From Vicugna vicugna (taxonomy: Eukaryota), in NCBI GenBank assembly GCA_013265495.1, contig MU061538.1, forward strand, positions 2,634,865 through 2,698,864: a stretch of DNA of 64,000 bases. The letters are read 5' to 3'. The translations under genes were made by a program, and so were the position numbers. The notes under the pieces are model-generated. The model was not told the origin of the DNA. It was given only the letters and a program-made list of their open reading frames with translations, and searched no databases. Below are positions 37,693-51,084 of this stretch, piece after piece (positions within the stretch are counted from its first letter, which is position 1; each line of letters opens with the position of its first letter).

Positions 37693-40515
37693 AAGAATGA
37701 GCTGCCCCTGGGTGTCCCATTTATTCAATGCTGAATGAACGCCTGGAGGCCTGCAGGTTGCTGTGTAACGTCCTGCAGTGGCTACGGAAGCAACAGACAG
37801 GTGGCTTCCTTCCTGGAACAGCTTAGGCAGTTGAAGACACAAGACATATATACGCAGAACCCCCCAGAAGACACAAGAGGTAAATCCAGCCCTGACGTCA
37901 ATGTGAGATAAAGAGGAAGAGCCGACTTTGTGTCTCTTCTGTCACTGGTGGAAAACAATGTCTAAGTCCCAAACAAAAATATTTAGACGTTTACAACGCT
38001 TTGGCTAAGATTAACGTGCAATGTCATGTTAACATGTCAGCGTGTTTCCACCAAGGTTAGTTTTACAATCACTGGACTGGTGAGCAATAAAGAATACAAG
38101 GATACATACATGAATACATACGTGAATGTCAACTACACACAAACCAAGCGATCCCCCCAAAACTACAGTCAAAACCATGTGATTTTCACTTAATCTCAAG
38201 TTTTTTCAAAACGACTTCATGAATACAAAACAAGACAAGAATGCACTTATCCCTAATTTTAGGACTTTAATAGCATAGGCAATAACGCCTCTCTCTACAC
38301 AATCCACTTAGGGGAGGTGGGGAGAGAAAAAGAATGATGAAAATGGGATTATAAAATAAAACTGCTTTCACCATTAAAATAGTCGTGATATTGGTTGCTA
38401 TTTTTATGGGCATAGAGACCTTTACCAGAATAGTTTCTGATGAAAATAAACCACCTCCTGTTGAGCCATGAATAGACAGCACTCCCAGAGGAAGCGACGA
38501 TTTTTGGGTCAGAAAATCCCACCTGTTCCTCTTCACAAACATATTCAGCTCCTCATGTAGGAAACAAATGATTCTCTTGGAATTTTGTGTTCAATGATCT
38601 AGCTGTACAAACATTTCTGGAGTATTTATGGCTCTGCTTTTCCAAAAAATATCAAATAACCCACTTGGCTAATGTCCTTCCAAAGTCATCATCTGTCAGT
38701 GGTTTTACAGGTCATTCCGACACCTCTCCTCTCAGTGACCAAGAAGCCAGAGCAGCAAGTCCTTAATCCCATGACACGCTTCCTCTGTGTGCCTCTCGAC
38801 CAGGAGAGTGAAGGCTGTCTAGGGACCCTACCTTGCCGAAACCCTCCAACCACACGTCCTCATCATCATCTCCCGAAGGGCTGAGGTATGCGCCCATCAA
38901 AAGCACCACGGCCAACATGGACTCAGACTCACAGGGCTTTGAACACATGTCCGTCTCCACCACAGAACTGTGAACTCCTCCGAGGTCACATCATGTCATC
39001 GCCGTAACTCACCCAATTCCCACAAAATCACGTGCATCGAGTAGGCTCGCCACCAAACACAGAACTAAGTTTGTGCTGCAACATCTTCTTTTGAATGTAG
39101 ACGCCAGTAGTCCTACAGCTGGCCAATTTTCCATCTCCTGCTCAAAACTACAATAAAACACACAGTATGTGCAATTCTTACATAGGCTTTATTGGCCAAG
39201 ACTCTGGCTTGAATAGTCTTCTCCTGGTGAACTTGATTCTGGACAAAGAGCTGAAGTAACAAGACAATGCTCATGACCATCTTAGAACAATGACTCGAAA
39301 AACCCAGTCTCGCCTGAGAATCCAGCCCCCACTGTTCTTCCGTGGCAAGGAGATTGAATCTAATTCTAAAACAACATCTGAATTTGCTTGTAGTAACATC
39401 TCATCTGGTGTCTTAGCTCTGTAACATCCAAACTTACCGTCGATCAGTGCCTAAAAATACACACCATTGTTTCCAAGCAAACCTGGAAATAAAGGGGAGA
39501 AAGAGGTTCCAGCCATGCCGAGGCCACCACACTCCTGCAGGTGACTAGGAAAACCACGTCGGGACAAAGCTAATGTTTCTTCAACCCGTCTCTTGTCTGA
39601 TCCAGACCGGGGCAGTGTCACCTTGTGAGGCTGAGTCTCACAAGGGACATAAGGCAGGGCCACACCACCTGCCCACACACAGAAGACACGAAGCCTGAAA
39701 TGGTTACGTCTTGACCCTCCCAGCTATTTTTACCAGTTGAAATCCACTGACGAGTTTCTATTCAGTGTTGTCTCCAAGGGCTTTACAACATGAAAAAGAA
39801 GAACTGTTTTCAGTCTGTTTCTGGAAGGCACCCAGAGTGTCTCACTGCAGTCCTTTAAAGCTCACGCCTGATGCTCTGGTAAGACCATGAGTCAACGCTG
39901 AGAAAACTCAGTGACTGGTTTCCAGAGGGACCAAGAAAGGGAACTTGGTCACCGAGAAGGGAAGGGCTGGAACGATACATAAAACTACTGAATTAGTCCG
40001 TTCATCTTCCTAAGGAAGGAATAAACTATCCATCCGACACGTTAAGCTGGATTCATCTACCTTAACTGCACCACGAGGAAATCATTATCTTTAAATGTGC
40101 ATAACACTTTAGGAGCATCTGAGATAAAAATAAATCAAGAACACAACAACCACTTGAAAGCAAACGAGTGCTCACGACCTTCACCTCAGACCAGGAGGGT
40201 TCCTCCACACCTGGGGGGCTCTGGAGGAGACTATGGAGAGCCTAACACAGACCCTTCATTTCCCAGGCGAGAAGACCAACGGCCGACACGTCTGCTGAAG
40301 AGCCAGATTTCCCTGAGGGCGCACAGCTGTCAAGTGGCAACTGATGGACCTGGAACCCACCCTGACCCCTCATCCAGTTCTGTGGTCGCTGAGAAGCACT
40401 TGCTATCACGTGTCACGATGGCAGAGCAGGGCACCGTGGGAGATGCGTGCCTCCCTCGGCCAGCGCGGAACTGCACTGGCTGAAACGTACTTCACTGTAA
40501 TCGACGTTTTCCCCT

Positions 40516-41015
40516 TTAGGAGGCAGAACGCTGGCTTCCCAAAGACGTCTACCTCTTAATGTCCAGGACCTGTGAATAGGTTACACAACCAAGGGGAGTT
40601 AGGGCAGCAGACGGAATTAATGTTCCCAGTCAACTGACCTGAAACCGTGCGATTATCCTGTATTATTCATGGGGGCCCAGTGTGATCACAGGGGTCCTTC
40701 AGTGCGGAAGAGGGCGGGGGAAGAGCTGGTGTCGAGTGATGTGATGTTAGAAAGCCTCCCCCTTGGCCGTTGCTGTGAAGGCGGAAGGGGCCAGGAGCCG
40801 AGGAATGTGGCCTCTCAAAGCTGAAGAAGGCAAGGAAATGGATGCTCCCTGGAGCCTCTGGAGGGAACTCTGCCCTCCCTGCCCACGCCACGATTTGAGC
40901 CAAACGAAACCCACTCCAGACTTCTGAGCTTCAGGGTGTAAGATCATAAATCTGCGTTATTTTAAGCCACTAAATTTGTGGTAACTTGTCAGAGGAGCCA
41001 TAGGAAGCTGATGTA
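40516..41015 (+). mobile_element. MLT1D-like solo LTR
   Basis: ggcagaacgctggcttcccaaagacgtctac...aaggcaaggaaatggatgctccctggagcctc...ttttaagccactaaatttgtggtaacttgt...catagga. Confidence 0.85.
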
Positions 41016-41759
41016 TCATGTCATGTTTTCTTTGGACAATTTCCTCTTTGAATGGACCACAGGTCTGCCCTGGGGACGGCACCTGCGTGCGTGAGCCGAG
41101 ATAAACCCCCAGCTCTAGGGTGGAGGGCTCTCTAGGCCCCTGGGACGCTGGCACGTCTCCCCACGGGTGTGCAATGTCGGGAGGTCATGGTGGAGGACAT
41201 CAGCATCTTTACAGGCTGGTCGAGAGAAGTCTGGAGATATTCATACATGTGTCCACATCGCTGGGAAGTGTGGCCACTGTCTTCTCTCCATAAAAAGAAA
41301 ACTGAAAACAAAAGACCACAGAACCAAGTCCGTGAAGAGTCTCCGGCAGCTGGCGGAGATCACTCTCTACATTTCTTCGCTCTGTCAAAACACAGCTCTT
41401 TTTTTTTTTTCTATCACTGAAGGTATGTGTGTGAAGTTCGGCAGCTTTCATCAGCACTTCTGAATAACCTGCCTAATTTGCCGCCTGGAGTTTTGAGGAG
41501 CAAATAAACCCACACTCAATAGTTCTCTCCATTCTTGGCGTTAGACAATGTAATCAGCAGTCTCGCTGTGGTGCGAAATGCAACTAACTTGCGAGAGTGA
41601 CTAACCGAGGCAGCTCACAATTTTCCATTTCATCAATCATCACTGAGATGCGTTTGCCAATAAAATCGTCCACTGACAACACAGTTTTGTTGTGCTCATT
41701 TTTCCACACTCCCTACTCAGGAGCTCAGAGATGGCCAAGTGCTTCCCAGGCTAGCAGCG

Positions 41760-42262
41760 CCGGAGACAAGGACCGCTCCCCCACCCATCCCCCGCGGGGG
41801 CTCCGAGCCCCTCCCCCCAAATCCTCATCCTCAGTGTGTCAGCGCTGGGACCCACCCAACCAGAGCTTCTGACAGCTCACGGCTGCATCTTTCGGCTGAC
41901 CCCAGCCCCCCCACCGCCAAGGTGTCCGCTAAGGAAACTCGAGGCTGCCACAAAGAATGTACTGTTTGTGCCCAGCGCCCAACTGCTACAGTCGCCAGCT
42001 GCAGACACAGCTGGCCTCAAGGCATTGGCACTGACCCTCCCTTGTAGTTTCTCACTTCCCTGAGTCTTCTAAGGCCTCGCCCCCCACATCGTCCCGGCTC
42101 CTCCTCCCCGCTCCCCCTCCCTCTGAAACGCCCAGTCACACCTGCACACATGGGAGCTGAGTTCAGCTCACACCGGTCCCTCTTCCTGCTGCAACAGCTA
42201 TTGCTGATTCAAACCTGCCCTTACCTCTTCATCTAGTGTCTGCTTCTGTTTATCTTTGCCAC
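41760..42262 (+). mobile_element. ERV1-class solo LTR (LTR37-like)
   Basis: aaggaaactcgaggctgccacaaagaatgtactgtttgt and 3' end gagctgagttcagctcacac...ctagtgtctgcttctgtttatctttgccaca resemble recalled LTR37; 5' boundary uncertain. Confidence 0.6.
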
Positions 42263-43400
42263 AGGTTCCGGAAGAGGGTACAGATTTAAATGGAGCGCCT
42301 GCAATTCCTACAACCAGGCTGGAAACGAGACACTGTTATGCCCACTTCACTGTGGAAACTGAGGATGAGAGTCGCTAAGTAAGGTGCCGGATGTCACACA
42401 CTAAGTCACCAGTAGGATCGTTCTTCAGAGCCTGGTTTTCGCCTCTTCCCTCAATGCCAGGGCAACATGTGCCCGTTTTCCAGACCATAGCTTCCTCTTA
42501 GCTCTGGTTCCACCCCGTCCGAGAGAAGAAGAGAAAAGGCAGATGAGCGCAGAGTGCAGCCAGGGCTGTGGGAGGGGCGCCCAGCAGCAGCACCCCCCCA
42601 ACACACACCTGAGGCCCTTCACGCAGCTCCGAGAGCAGCAAGAACGTCTTCTCCAGGACTTGGTCTCCCCCAAGGCCACCTGGCTACCAAGAAGCCAAGA
42701 GAGGTGTGGAAAGTAATGCAAACACATCAGAACTAACCTAGGAGCCACACGCACTTTTTAACGTGACTCAAGCGTGAGTGTAACTCCTGGCGGGATGACC
42801 TGTCTGTAAGCAGAGGACACACACTGTGTCGGAAACACAAGCCTGGGCTCTTTGTTTACTCCCAGCGCATGGCCATTCTCACACACGGTGAGCCGGCATC
42901 TCACCTTCCCGTCTGTGGATGTCCAAAAGCCCAGCGTCCATGCAAGGACACAGTATTGCATCTCAACTGTTTTTCTTTGAAACAATCATGATGAAAGTCC
43001 GTGGATAGAGCCATACTTTCCTGAAGGCTATTATTCTTTGAAACTTTAGTCCTTACATTCCATTCTAGCCGCCACTGCTGCAGCCGCGCTACAGATGACA
43101 TGCTGGTGGTCGCCTGCGGTCCCTGACACTGTGTCCATGAATCCACAGGGAGCCTGAAACCCAGCTGACGCTTGGACACAGCAGACCCCGGGGCGGGAGA
43201 CCCACAGGTTCCGCCACGACTCACCTTCCTGGCTGGAGGCGTCTGCACACCCCTGGCCGCAAACATTAGCCCCTCACGTTTCTAGGGCTTGCTTGTTAAT
43301 ACACTGATGGCCCAGCTGCTTGTATCACAGATTCTCAACCTCACGTTCCTATGGGAGTCGTCTCTCAGGTATAAAGGTGACCAAAAATCACAGAAAAATA

Positions 43401-43536
43401 GGGGGGAGGGGACACCTCAGTGGTAGAGCGCATGCTTAGCATGCCCGAGGTTGTGGATTCAATCCCCAGTACCTCCCTTAAATAAAAATAAATAAACCGA
43501 ATAACTTCCCCCCCCAAAAACAACAAAAATTGAATA
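43401..43536 (+). mobile_element. vic-1-like SINE (full length)
   Basis: ggggggaggggacacctcagtggtagagcgcatgcttagcatgcccgagg...ttcaatccccagtacctcc plus A-rich/C-run tail; degenerate TSD aaaatcacagaaaaata / aaataacactgaatata. Confidence 0.9.
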
Positions 43537-44579
43537 TAAAATAACACTGAATATACAATTTCCCAAGAGAGGCAGAAGAGAAATAAGCCGGAGGCAGAGC
43601 ATGAGAAGGAAGGAGCAGGGAGGGGCGCAGCCTCCCCTCGGGGGCGGGGTCATTCCCTAACGCCCTCAGCGCTCCAGATGAGGCTGGGCTTCAGGCACGT
43701 TTGACATCACGCCTCCCTCCCTCCCTCTCTCCAGCCACTCATTCTCTCGGTACATGGTGTCCTGTCTCTTCTCTCTCCTTCCATGAAATCTCTTTTCAGG
43801 AGAAGAGTCCAAGAAACACATTCATTGAATTGATCAAGGGACTAAACATCCATTAAACTCCTATTGTAAACAGGCTTCTGTGCTGGCTGCTCTAAGAGAC
43901 GAAAAGATGAACAAACCCCAGCCTTTGTCATCTGAAACTCACGACCCAGTAAGAAGAGCCAGAAGAACGACACTAACAGAAGCAGAAGACGCTGCAGAAG
44001 CCGGACGTCAGGGCAGGCGGGGCAGGGCGGGCTCTTCTGACCTGCACCTCCACCTCCACGGGTGGCGGGCTTGGGGAGGGCTTCCTGCAGAACGCGGGGA
44101 CGTCACCCGAGCCTTGGAAGGTGAGCAGGTTTCTGCAGGCTCCGCCACGCCACGCTGCAGGGGAGGATCGTTACTGGCTGGGAAGTACCCCGTTTACTGG
44201 AGAGCACGTGTCCCGGCATAGTGGGAGCACAGACTGGGATGGCGGTGGTCACCGGTCATCACAGGGACCTCGTGAGCCCGGCTGTGGGCCGTGGGGACCG
44301 CTGAAGGCGTCTAAGTGATACTGTTCCATGGACGCATTAGTAACACCCTAGGCGGAGGGTGAAGCGTGAAGGAGAAAACCAAACAGATGGCTTTTGTTCT
44401 GGTTTAAAGAGCTTAGGCAAGAAGTGAGGAGGGTGCCCGGAGTGCACTTGAAGAAGGAAGGAGGAGACGCGGGGGGGGACACCCAGCAGCTGTCGTCACA
44501 GGGCCGCGGGCACGGGCAGGAGAGGAGGTGAGTGGAACGGTGCATTCTCTCACATGGGAGGGGCTGCTGCCCAGGACAG

Positions 44580-44639
44580 GGAGCAAAGAAGGGGAAACCG
44601 GAGCAAAGAAGGGGAAACCGGAACAAAGAAGGAGGAACA
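44580..44639. repeat. 20-bp tandem repeat GGAGCAAAGAAGGGGAAACC, about 3 copies
   Basis: Two perfect copies (44580-44619) and one degenerate copy. Confidence 0.92.
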
Positions 44640-45189
44640 CACCTTTTCCTTTCTTCTTTTTTTTTTGTGGAGGGGAGCCAACCAGAGAAGGAAATCGTCA
44701 ATTCAGGTGGGAGCACCTCAGACTCCAGACGCCTGGGGCAGTCCCCTGGGAGCAGCCTGTGGCAGCGGCCTGTGCTGCAGATACGATTTTCAATCAGCAG
44801 CAGGTCAGGTGTTATCTTCCGAGAGGTTGAGTCACTCTGATGCCTCCACGTCTGGTCTGGACAAGCAGGATCTGGGGCCTTCACCCCAGATCTACGGAAA
44901 CAGAATCTACATTTTAAGATCTCCAGGTGAGGGATAAGCAGACAAAACTTGTAAAAGGAAAAGAACCACAAAGGCAGAAAAAAATTCTACTTCAGGAATT
45001 TCAGGTGTCACTGAGCCAGTCTGGAAGATGACTGGGGGGGAGGGGCTCTCTGAGATCATCCTGAAGTCCAAGAGTCTGGAAACCGTGGCCTTGCTCCACC
45101 ACACCCTTGGCCTCCATTCTGAAGACACCCATAGAACAGGTCACTTAGATAAGTTTCCAGTGATTTGGATGCATCATAACTTCAGTGGA

Positions 45190-45611
45190 AGGACCCCCAA
45201 GCAGCCAGTGCTCACTTGCCAGTCACGTGAAGGAGCTGAGGGTGGAGCCTCCAGCCCCAGCCCAGCCCTCAGATGCGACTGCAGCCCCAGCCAATATCTG
45301 CCTGCAACCTCAGAGACAGAGGGCAAGTCAGACCAAGTTGCCAAGCTATTCCCCATTTTTGAACCCACAGAAGATACGAGAGATAATAAAGGACTAATTT
45401 TTTTTATTATTGTTGTTATTGTTATTTTGGGGGTAATTAGGTATGTATGTATGTATGTATTTAAATGGAGGTCTGGGGACTGAACCCAGGACCTCGTGCA
45501 TGCTAGGCACACACTTCACCCCTAGGCTACACCTCGTCCCCCCAGGACTAATACTGTTTTAAGCCACCGAGTTTAGGGGTGATCTGTCCTACAGCAACAG
45601 ATAACTAACTA
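45190..45611 (+). mobile_element. MLT1F/H-like LTR interrupted by a SINE
   Basis: cagccctcagatgcgactgcagccccagcc...gaacccacagaagatacgagagataataaa [SINE] ctgttttaagccaccgagtttaggggtgatctgtcctacagcaacagataac. Confidence 0.75.
45399..45543 (-). mobile_element. vic-1-like SINE with 9-bp TSD
   Basis: ggggtaattagg...ggggactgaacccaggacctcgtgcatgctagg; TSD AGGACTAAT at 45390-45398 and 45544-45552. Confidence 0.9.
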
Positions 45612-48600
45612 AAGCAGGCTCCGAGGAACGACAGAGTAGGGCTTGGTATAGACCACGTAGGTTATGTAGGAACAGAGTTATTTGCAGAGAGAAATGGTGG
45701 AAAGAAATGTAGGGGAAATGAAATTCAGCTGAAGTGCCTTGAAAATCAAGACAGGACATTCCTGTTTCACCTCACAGGAAACTGAGAACCATTAAAGGGT
45801 TTATAACGGTGATTAATTCAGGGAAGGCTTTGAGAAGACTGATCCAAACGACATACCTTACAAGGAAACGTTTCCTTTTTATTTTTAATTAAGTTATACC
45901 GCACAACCAACATGGCAGAGGAAATTCAAAGGTTGAAAATAATTTCTTTCTGATAGAAAAGCTCTTCCTTCTATTTTTTTCAGGTATAACTGAGTTTCAT
46001 CAGTCTGAGTAGTAACATTCCTGAGCTAAGTTCACATTAGCCTGAATTATCCACTTTAAAAAATGGAAGCCACTATTAATGGTGGAAGATCAAAGGGCAA
46101 AGCTTTAAAGTGGTTCTTTGGCAAGTTGTGAGATGCTGTAACACTACAGAGTTTGAAGATGTCGAGCAGAAATATCAGAACCTTTTCCTCTCGATGAAAA
46201 TAACGGACACAATGGCTTAAAAACCTAGGCAATTTACAATTGTATGTTTCATTTATTCTCATTGGCCTCTTTTTAAAAAAAATCTATACTATAGTCATGC
46301 TGAAAGGACACTTTCTGCAAAGCACTTGTGATTGTTAGGTCATTACTTTTCATGAGAAAGCAGGTGATTTTTATTTGGCTCACTAGCAAGCATCACTAGT
46401 GGTGAAAAAAGAAATCTTGCTTTATACTCATGTTGATTTTCACTGAATTTTCAATTATTTAAAATAATTGGTTATTGAATTTTTCAAGCAGTTGCAAGGA
46501 AAGCATTTGACTCACTTAACCTTATTCATACATCTAAAGTCCAGTGCTAAACAACGAAAAAATTTAAATAGAAAAGGGATTACTATTTGAATCCCTTATT
46601 TAGAAAGCCTTTTGTGTATATAATACAAAATAAACGTGTAGAACTAAAAATACTTACAATTGGCTTTGGGTAAATGGATTCAAATAATATCCCCTATTTT
46701 TTTTCTCTAGAAAATCAAAATGGTATATATATGTATATATATGTATCTGTATCCACCTCATGATCACCTTACTATCAAAAGGAGTCCTGCAATACATAAC
46801 AGGCTGCACAGAAACGGATCTGTGATCTCTGAGTAACTGAATAAAAAGCTAGTAGGCACTGACGCGTTGTTTAGGAAAATGAGTCCCCTGAGGAGAAGCT
46901 GGTGCGACTAGGTTTACTTAAACACGTAGAGACCCAAGGGGAACTGGATGACAGCTCAGTGGCTGGAGGATGGGGTGGCGGCTGCTTCTGACCTACACCT
47001 AGAGCAGTGCTTCTCAAACTCTAATATTCATGAGGAATGTCAATATTCAGGAGACCTGGGTGGGGCTGGAGAGCCTGTAGTTCTAACAAGCTCCCAGGTG
47101 ATACCGATGCTTCTTACACCCACTCTGAATGTTCCAACCTGGTTACTCAGAAGGTGTTTATAATGAGGGGGATCTGTGAGGCCAAGTTCGGGATCAAGTT
47201 CTGTAGGGTTTCAGGGCAGAAAGCAGAGCAGGAACACTGAGCAGCTACACCCGAGAGCACGTGGGAGGCAGCACCTGCTCAGACCAGTGCCCTGGGCAGC
47301 GCAGGAACTAGGGAAGAGCTAGGTAAAGCCACCAGGTGGAGAAATGAAGTCATTCCGATTAGGCAGCACTGAGAAAGTGGAGCACAGAAATGCAGAGCTT
47401 TCAGAAGATTTCTTAGGTTAAAAAAATGTTGCTCCTCTTTCTCTGGAGCTGCTGGAAATTGACAGATAAAGCTTTTACGCAAATGACTCAAAATCCATGA
47501 ATATGGCTGAACTGTGTCCCCCAAAATTCATGTTGAAGCCCTAACTCCCAGTGTGACTGTCTTTAAAAACAGGGACTTTAAGGATGGCATTGCAGTCTGT
47601 CTCTGTGACATTTCTGCTGAATATCAGCGAGTGTCCTCTTTATAAAGGTTATCCAGGGCTGGTTTCCACCAAAGGTAGAGAGGGGTGTCTTCTCTGACCG
47701 TTCAAGGACCTACTCCTAGTCCTAGAAGTATCTGACTTGGTGGGACTCTTTCACAGGGCTGAGGCAGAAGACAGCCTCAGGTCTAAACTACTTCAGGCAA
47801 ATCTTGTAGACACATGTTTTAATTCCTAACAGTTAACTCTAAAAGTTCTTATTTTCTCAGGGAACCAAATGTGCACTTATTTCTTCATATAAAGAAAGAA
47901 TTGTGGCAGTGTGTTTTCCCATGTGTTAAACAATGTTTTTAAATGCTTTTAAAAATCAAGCTCTAAGAGAAAACACCAAATGTAAATTTTTAAAAGGAAA
48001 GAGACAAAGTATCTCACACTCTGGGACTTTAATGCTTATTAGCAGTAAAATAAAAAATCCACTGCAGTAATAATGCAGAATATATTTGCACTTAACACCC
48101 ATTGATTAAAGATCCTTAAGTGAAAAGTAATGCTTGGTTATTTAATTATAACAAGCACTACCTCTTAACCTCTATCTCCGGAGATCAACATATTAGGAAG
48201 ACGTAAGAAAAAAAGTATAGTATGTCACAAGTCTGTTTACCCAAAGACATGTATGCTCCAACACATGTGCACAGAACAGGAAGAACCTCAGGATTTCGTA
48301 TGCTTCAATCATGGTTGGCAGGGGGGATCATTTATATCCAATGAAATACTGAATCTGAAACATTTTAAACCAAGTAGACATTGAAGCCAGTCTGCACCTG
48401 TTTATTAGCAGAGTTAGAAGAAAATTCTGTAAACCTCCTTACTGCTTTCTCCAAAATCCACTAATCTTACCTGTCAGGAAATGCACACATCTAAACTGAA
48501 CCTTTCAAGCCACAGCTTAAGCACGTGTCCACTTGAACTGTCATCACTAAGACATGGTGTTAGGCACATCTAAAACTGTGTGATCTTTGTTCACACATAC

Positions 48601-48846
48601 CATTTTGGACAGTGTCTTATGTTTTCTCTTTAAAGAGGCTCTCTTGTCTTCTTCAAGGGATGAATTCACAAAGAGACAGGTATTCTCATTAAATTCTAAA
48701 ATTTTGAATTTATTTCAGCCAAGTGATATAGCTTTCTCCCTTTATTAGCATCACAAATGTGAGCAGAGAATGACTGTAACTGCGTGTTGAAATGTGATAT
48801 TCTCATGTATTTTTCTCTCTTCCCAGCATAAGAAAAGCCTTTCACC

Positions 48847-48867
48847 ATCAGTACCGTGGACAGCGAC
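48847..48867 (+). promoter_or_regulatory. Putative RE1/NRSE (REST-binding silencer)
   Basis: ATCAGTACCGTGGACAGCGAC vs TTCAGCACCATGGACAGCGCC: 17/21, canonical 2-nt spacer, intact GGACAGCG half, within a neuronal gene. Confidence 0.7.
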
Positions 48868-48989
48868 AGGCTTCCAACAGGGAGAAACGGTTTCACAGGC
48901 AGGAGTAGGGCTGTTAGACGATACGGTTACAGAACCGGCTGGTGCCACGGGTCAAGAACCAAAACCTGGTACCATAGACCTTGGTTTCT

Positions 48990-49590
48990 AAGTGCCATTT
49001 TCAAATAAAAGGGATCTGCATTCTTTGGAGAAATGGCCAATTCTAGGGCCAGGGTAAGGAAAATTCAAATACCAGATGTATGGGACGTACCAAAGGGACA
49101 CAGGAACCAACCTGAGAGAGCTCATTTTAACTTAATTACCTCTGTAAGGACTCTGTCTCCAAATACAGTCACATTCTGAGGTACATGAGTTTAGGATCCC
49201 AACCTATTAACCTGGGGAGGCACAACTCAGCCTCTAACATTCCTAGTATAAATAAATGACTCAAGGTCAGGAAAAACAAGGGAAGACTGAGAAACTGTCG
49301 CAGATCAGAGAACACTGGGGAGACATCACAACCAAATTAATGCAATGTGGTTCAGGACCAGACCTGGAACAGAAAGAGGCCATCAGTGGGAAAGCTGGTG
49401 AAACCCAAGTAAAATCTGGAGTTTAATTAATAGTAATTCACCAGTCTCAGTTCCTTGGTGCTGACTAGTGTGTATGGAAAAGCAATGCTAACAGCGTGGA
49501 TGTTGGGGGAGGGGCATACAAGAACTCTCTGTGCTAACTCCACAACTTTTCTGAAAACCTAGAATCGTCCCCAAGAAGATTGCATTAAAA
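48990..49590 (+). mobile_element. L1MC3/4-like 3' UTR with an embedded antisense MLT1A/B fragment (about 49124-49239)
   Basis: tggagaaatggccaattctagggccagg...aagactgagaaactgtc...ctggaacagaaagaggccatcagtgggaaagctggtgaaa; MLT1 piece ttaattacctctgtaaggactctgtctccaaatacagtcacattctgagg. Confidence 0.72.
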
Positions 49591-49909
49591 GCTCAAACAA
49601 ACGCCAAACCACACAAACCCAGTACTAGAATCTGACTTGGGAAAATACAAAACCAACCTGCTTTCGGACCTTAATCTAACAAAGGCCCAAGCAGGTAATT
49701 GGTGAAATGGGTCTAGAGCCCCCTTTACACCAAAACACTACAGCTCACGTTGACTGTTCAGGAAGATCCTTTGCTTTTAAAAAGAAATGTGCTTTGTCCG
49801 ATTTTTACGGAAAGGTGGGACAAAGAACATGACTTTCTCAGCCCATCTTTTGCTTTTCTGCTTAGAAGAGAAACAGTGGTAAATGCTGTTCGACTGCTGG
49901 GCCTGAGAA

Positions 49910-50130
49910 CAGTGAGAGCAGACACTGCCCGAGCGCTCAGTGTGTGCCGGTTTCGTTCTGAGCTCTGCGTAGACATGAACTCACTCAACTCTCACGACCT
50001 TCGAGTTGGTGCCATCACTATCCCCTGTTAACAGAAGGCAAAGAGAGACACAGGGCAAATAGCTCACGCAAGAGTGCTTAGATACAGCTGGCAAGTGGCA
50101 GAGCCAACAGCCGAAACCAGGCGTTCCTGC
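49910..50130 (-). mobile_element. MIR
   Basis: aactcactcaactctcacgacc...tatcccctgttaacagaagg...cagctggcaagtggcagagcc. Confidence 0.65.
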
Positions 50131-50978
50131 AGAGGACTGTCTCCAACCGGAGACAGTCACGGCACTGGGACGACTAACATGCCTGAGGTTTCACATCACG
50201 TGGTGGTGAACTGGACCCAGCTCAGGAGGGGGTGCTAGGCACGGTGGTGCCCTGGAATTCACACCCCCCTCAAGGGGTATGACCCCGCATCACCTCCTGT
50301 GGGAATGCGGATGCAGGCTCTACGTCTCCTTTTATCTCAGAGGAAGCCATGAGTTTTACTGCGTACATGAAGTTTCCCGAGTTTTAAATTGAGGTTCAAA
50401 AGCCAACCACGCAGGACAACCAAACCAAAACACCCTCCATGAGCCACCACCCACCTGCGGCCGCTGGTGAGAGCGGCACCGTCACGGAAACGCAGACGGT
50501 GGAGAGGGACCAAGAGTGAGTGTCCCTAAGCACACCCAGGCACGTCCATGGTAGGGAACGCTCTATTTACTAAGGGGCATCTAACCAAGCAGCCTGTAGG
50601 GACCTGCTTGGACTGAAATGATACAGAGAAATGTCAGATGTGAGTCTTCCTCTCCGAACTTTCTTCAGTCGGACTGAGGCAGTCACGATATAATGTGCAC
50701 AGAGTGAGTTTTTTAAAATGACAAGTGAGGGACCAAAGAAATGCCATAGAAAAGAGTTATATGCCATTTGGAAATGGGAACCCTTGGAGAAATCTCAAAG
50801 GATCTTAACTTACATTGGAAATTTAGCTGTGGGTAGGAATTCTGGTTGGAGGAAAAGTTGGCAGCAGAACCGTTAATATCAGAGGCCTAAAATGGTGTCT
50901 GCCCTACAGAGTCTGCCACCTGCCTGGGTGAGCGCGTGGAGGTTAGTGGGACATATGATTCGAGAGAAAGACTCAGGG

Positions 50979-51084
50979 CGGGGGTAGGACAGAGCTCAGC
51001 GGTAGAGCACGTGCTTAGCGTGCATGAGGTCCTGGGTTCAATCCCCAGTCCCTCCATCAAAAAGAATAATAAACCTAATTACCT
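50979..51084 (+). mobile_element. vic-1-like SINE lacking its final C-run/A tail
   Basis: agagctcagcggtagagcacgtgcttagcgtgcatgaggtcctgggttcaatccccagtccctcc...aataaacctaattacct. Confidence 0.9.

Noticed and set aside
37893..37900. Full CRE palindromes TGACGTCA (also 62820-62827)
   Set aside because: About one 8-mer match is expected per 64 kb, and there is no supporting context.
43401..43480. tRNA-like sequences (here and at six other sites) as tRNA genes
   Set aside because: They carry SINE tails, often TSDs, and degenerate stems; they are tRNA-derived SINE copies.
48465..48490. CAG|GTAAGA as a recursive splice site
   Set aside because: Upstream polypyrimidine tract is short and interrupted (tgtgtgcatttcctgacag); not supportable without nascent RNA data.
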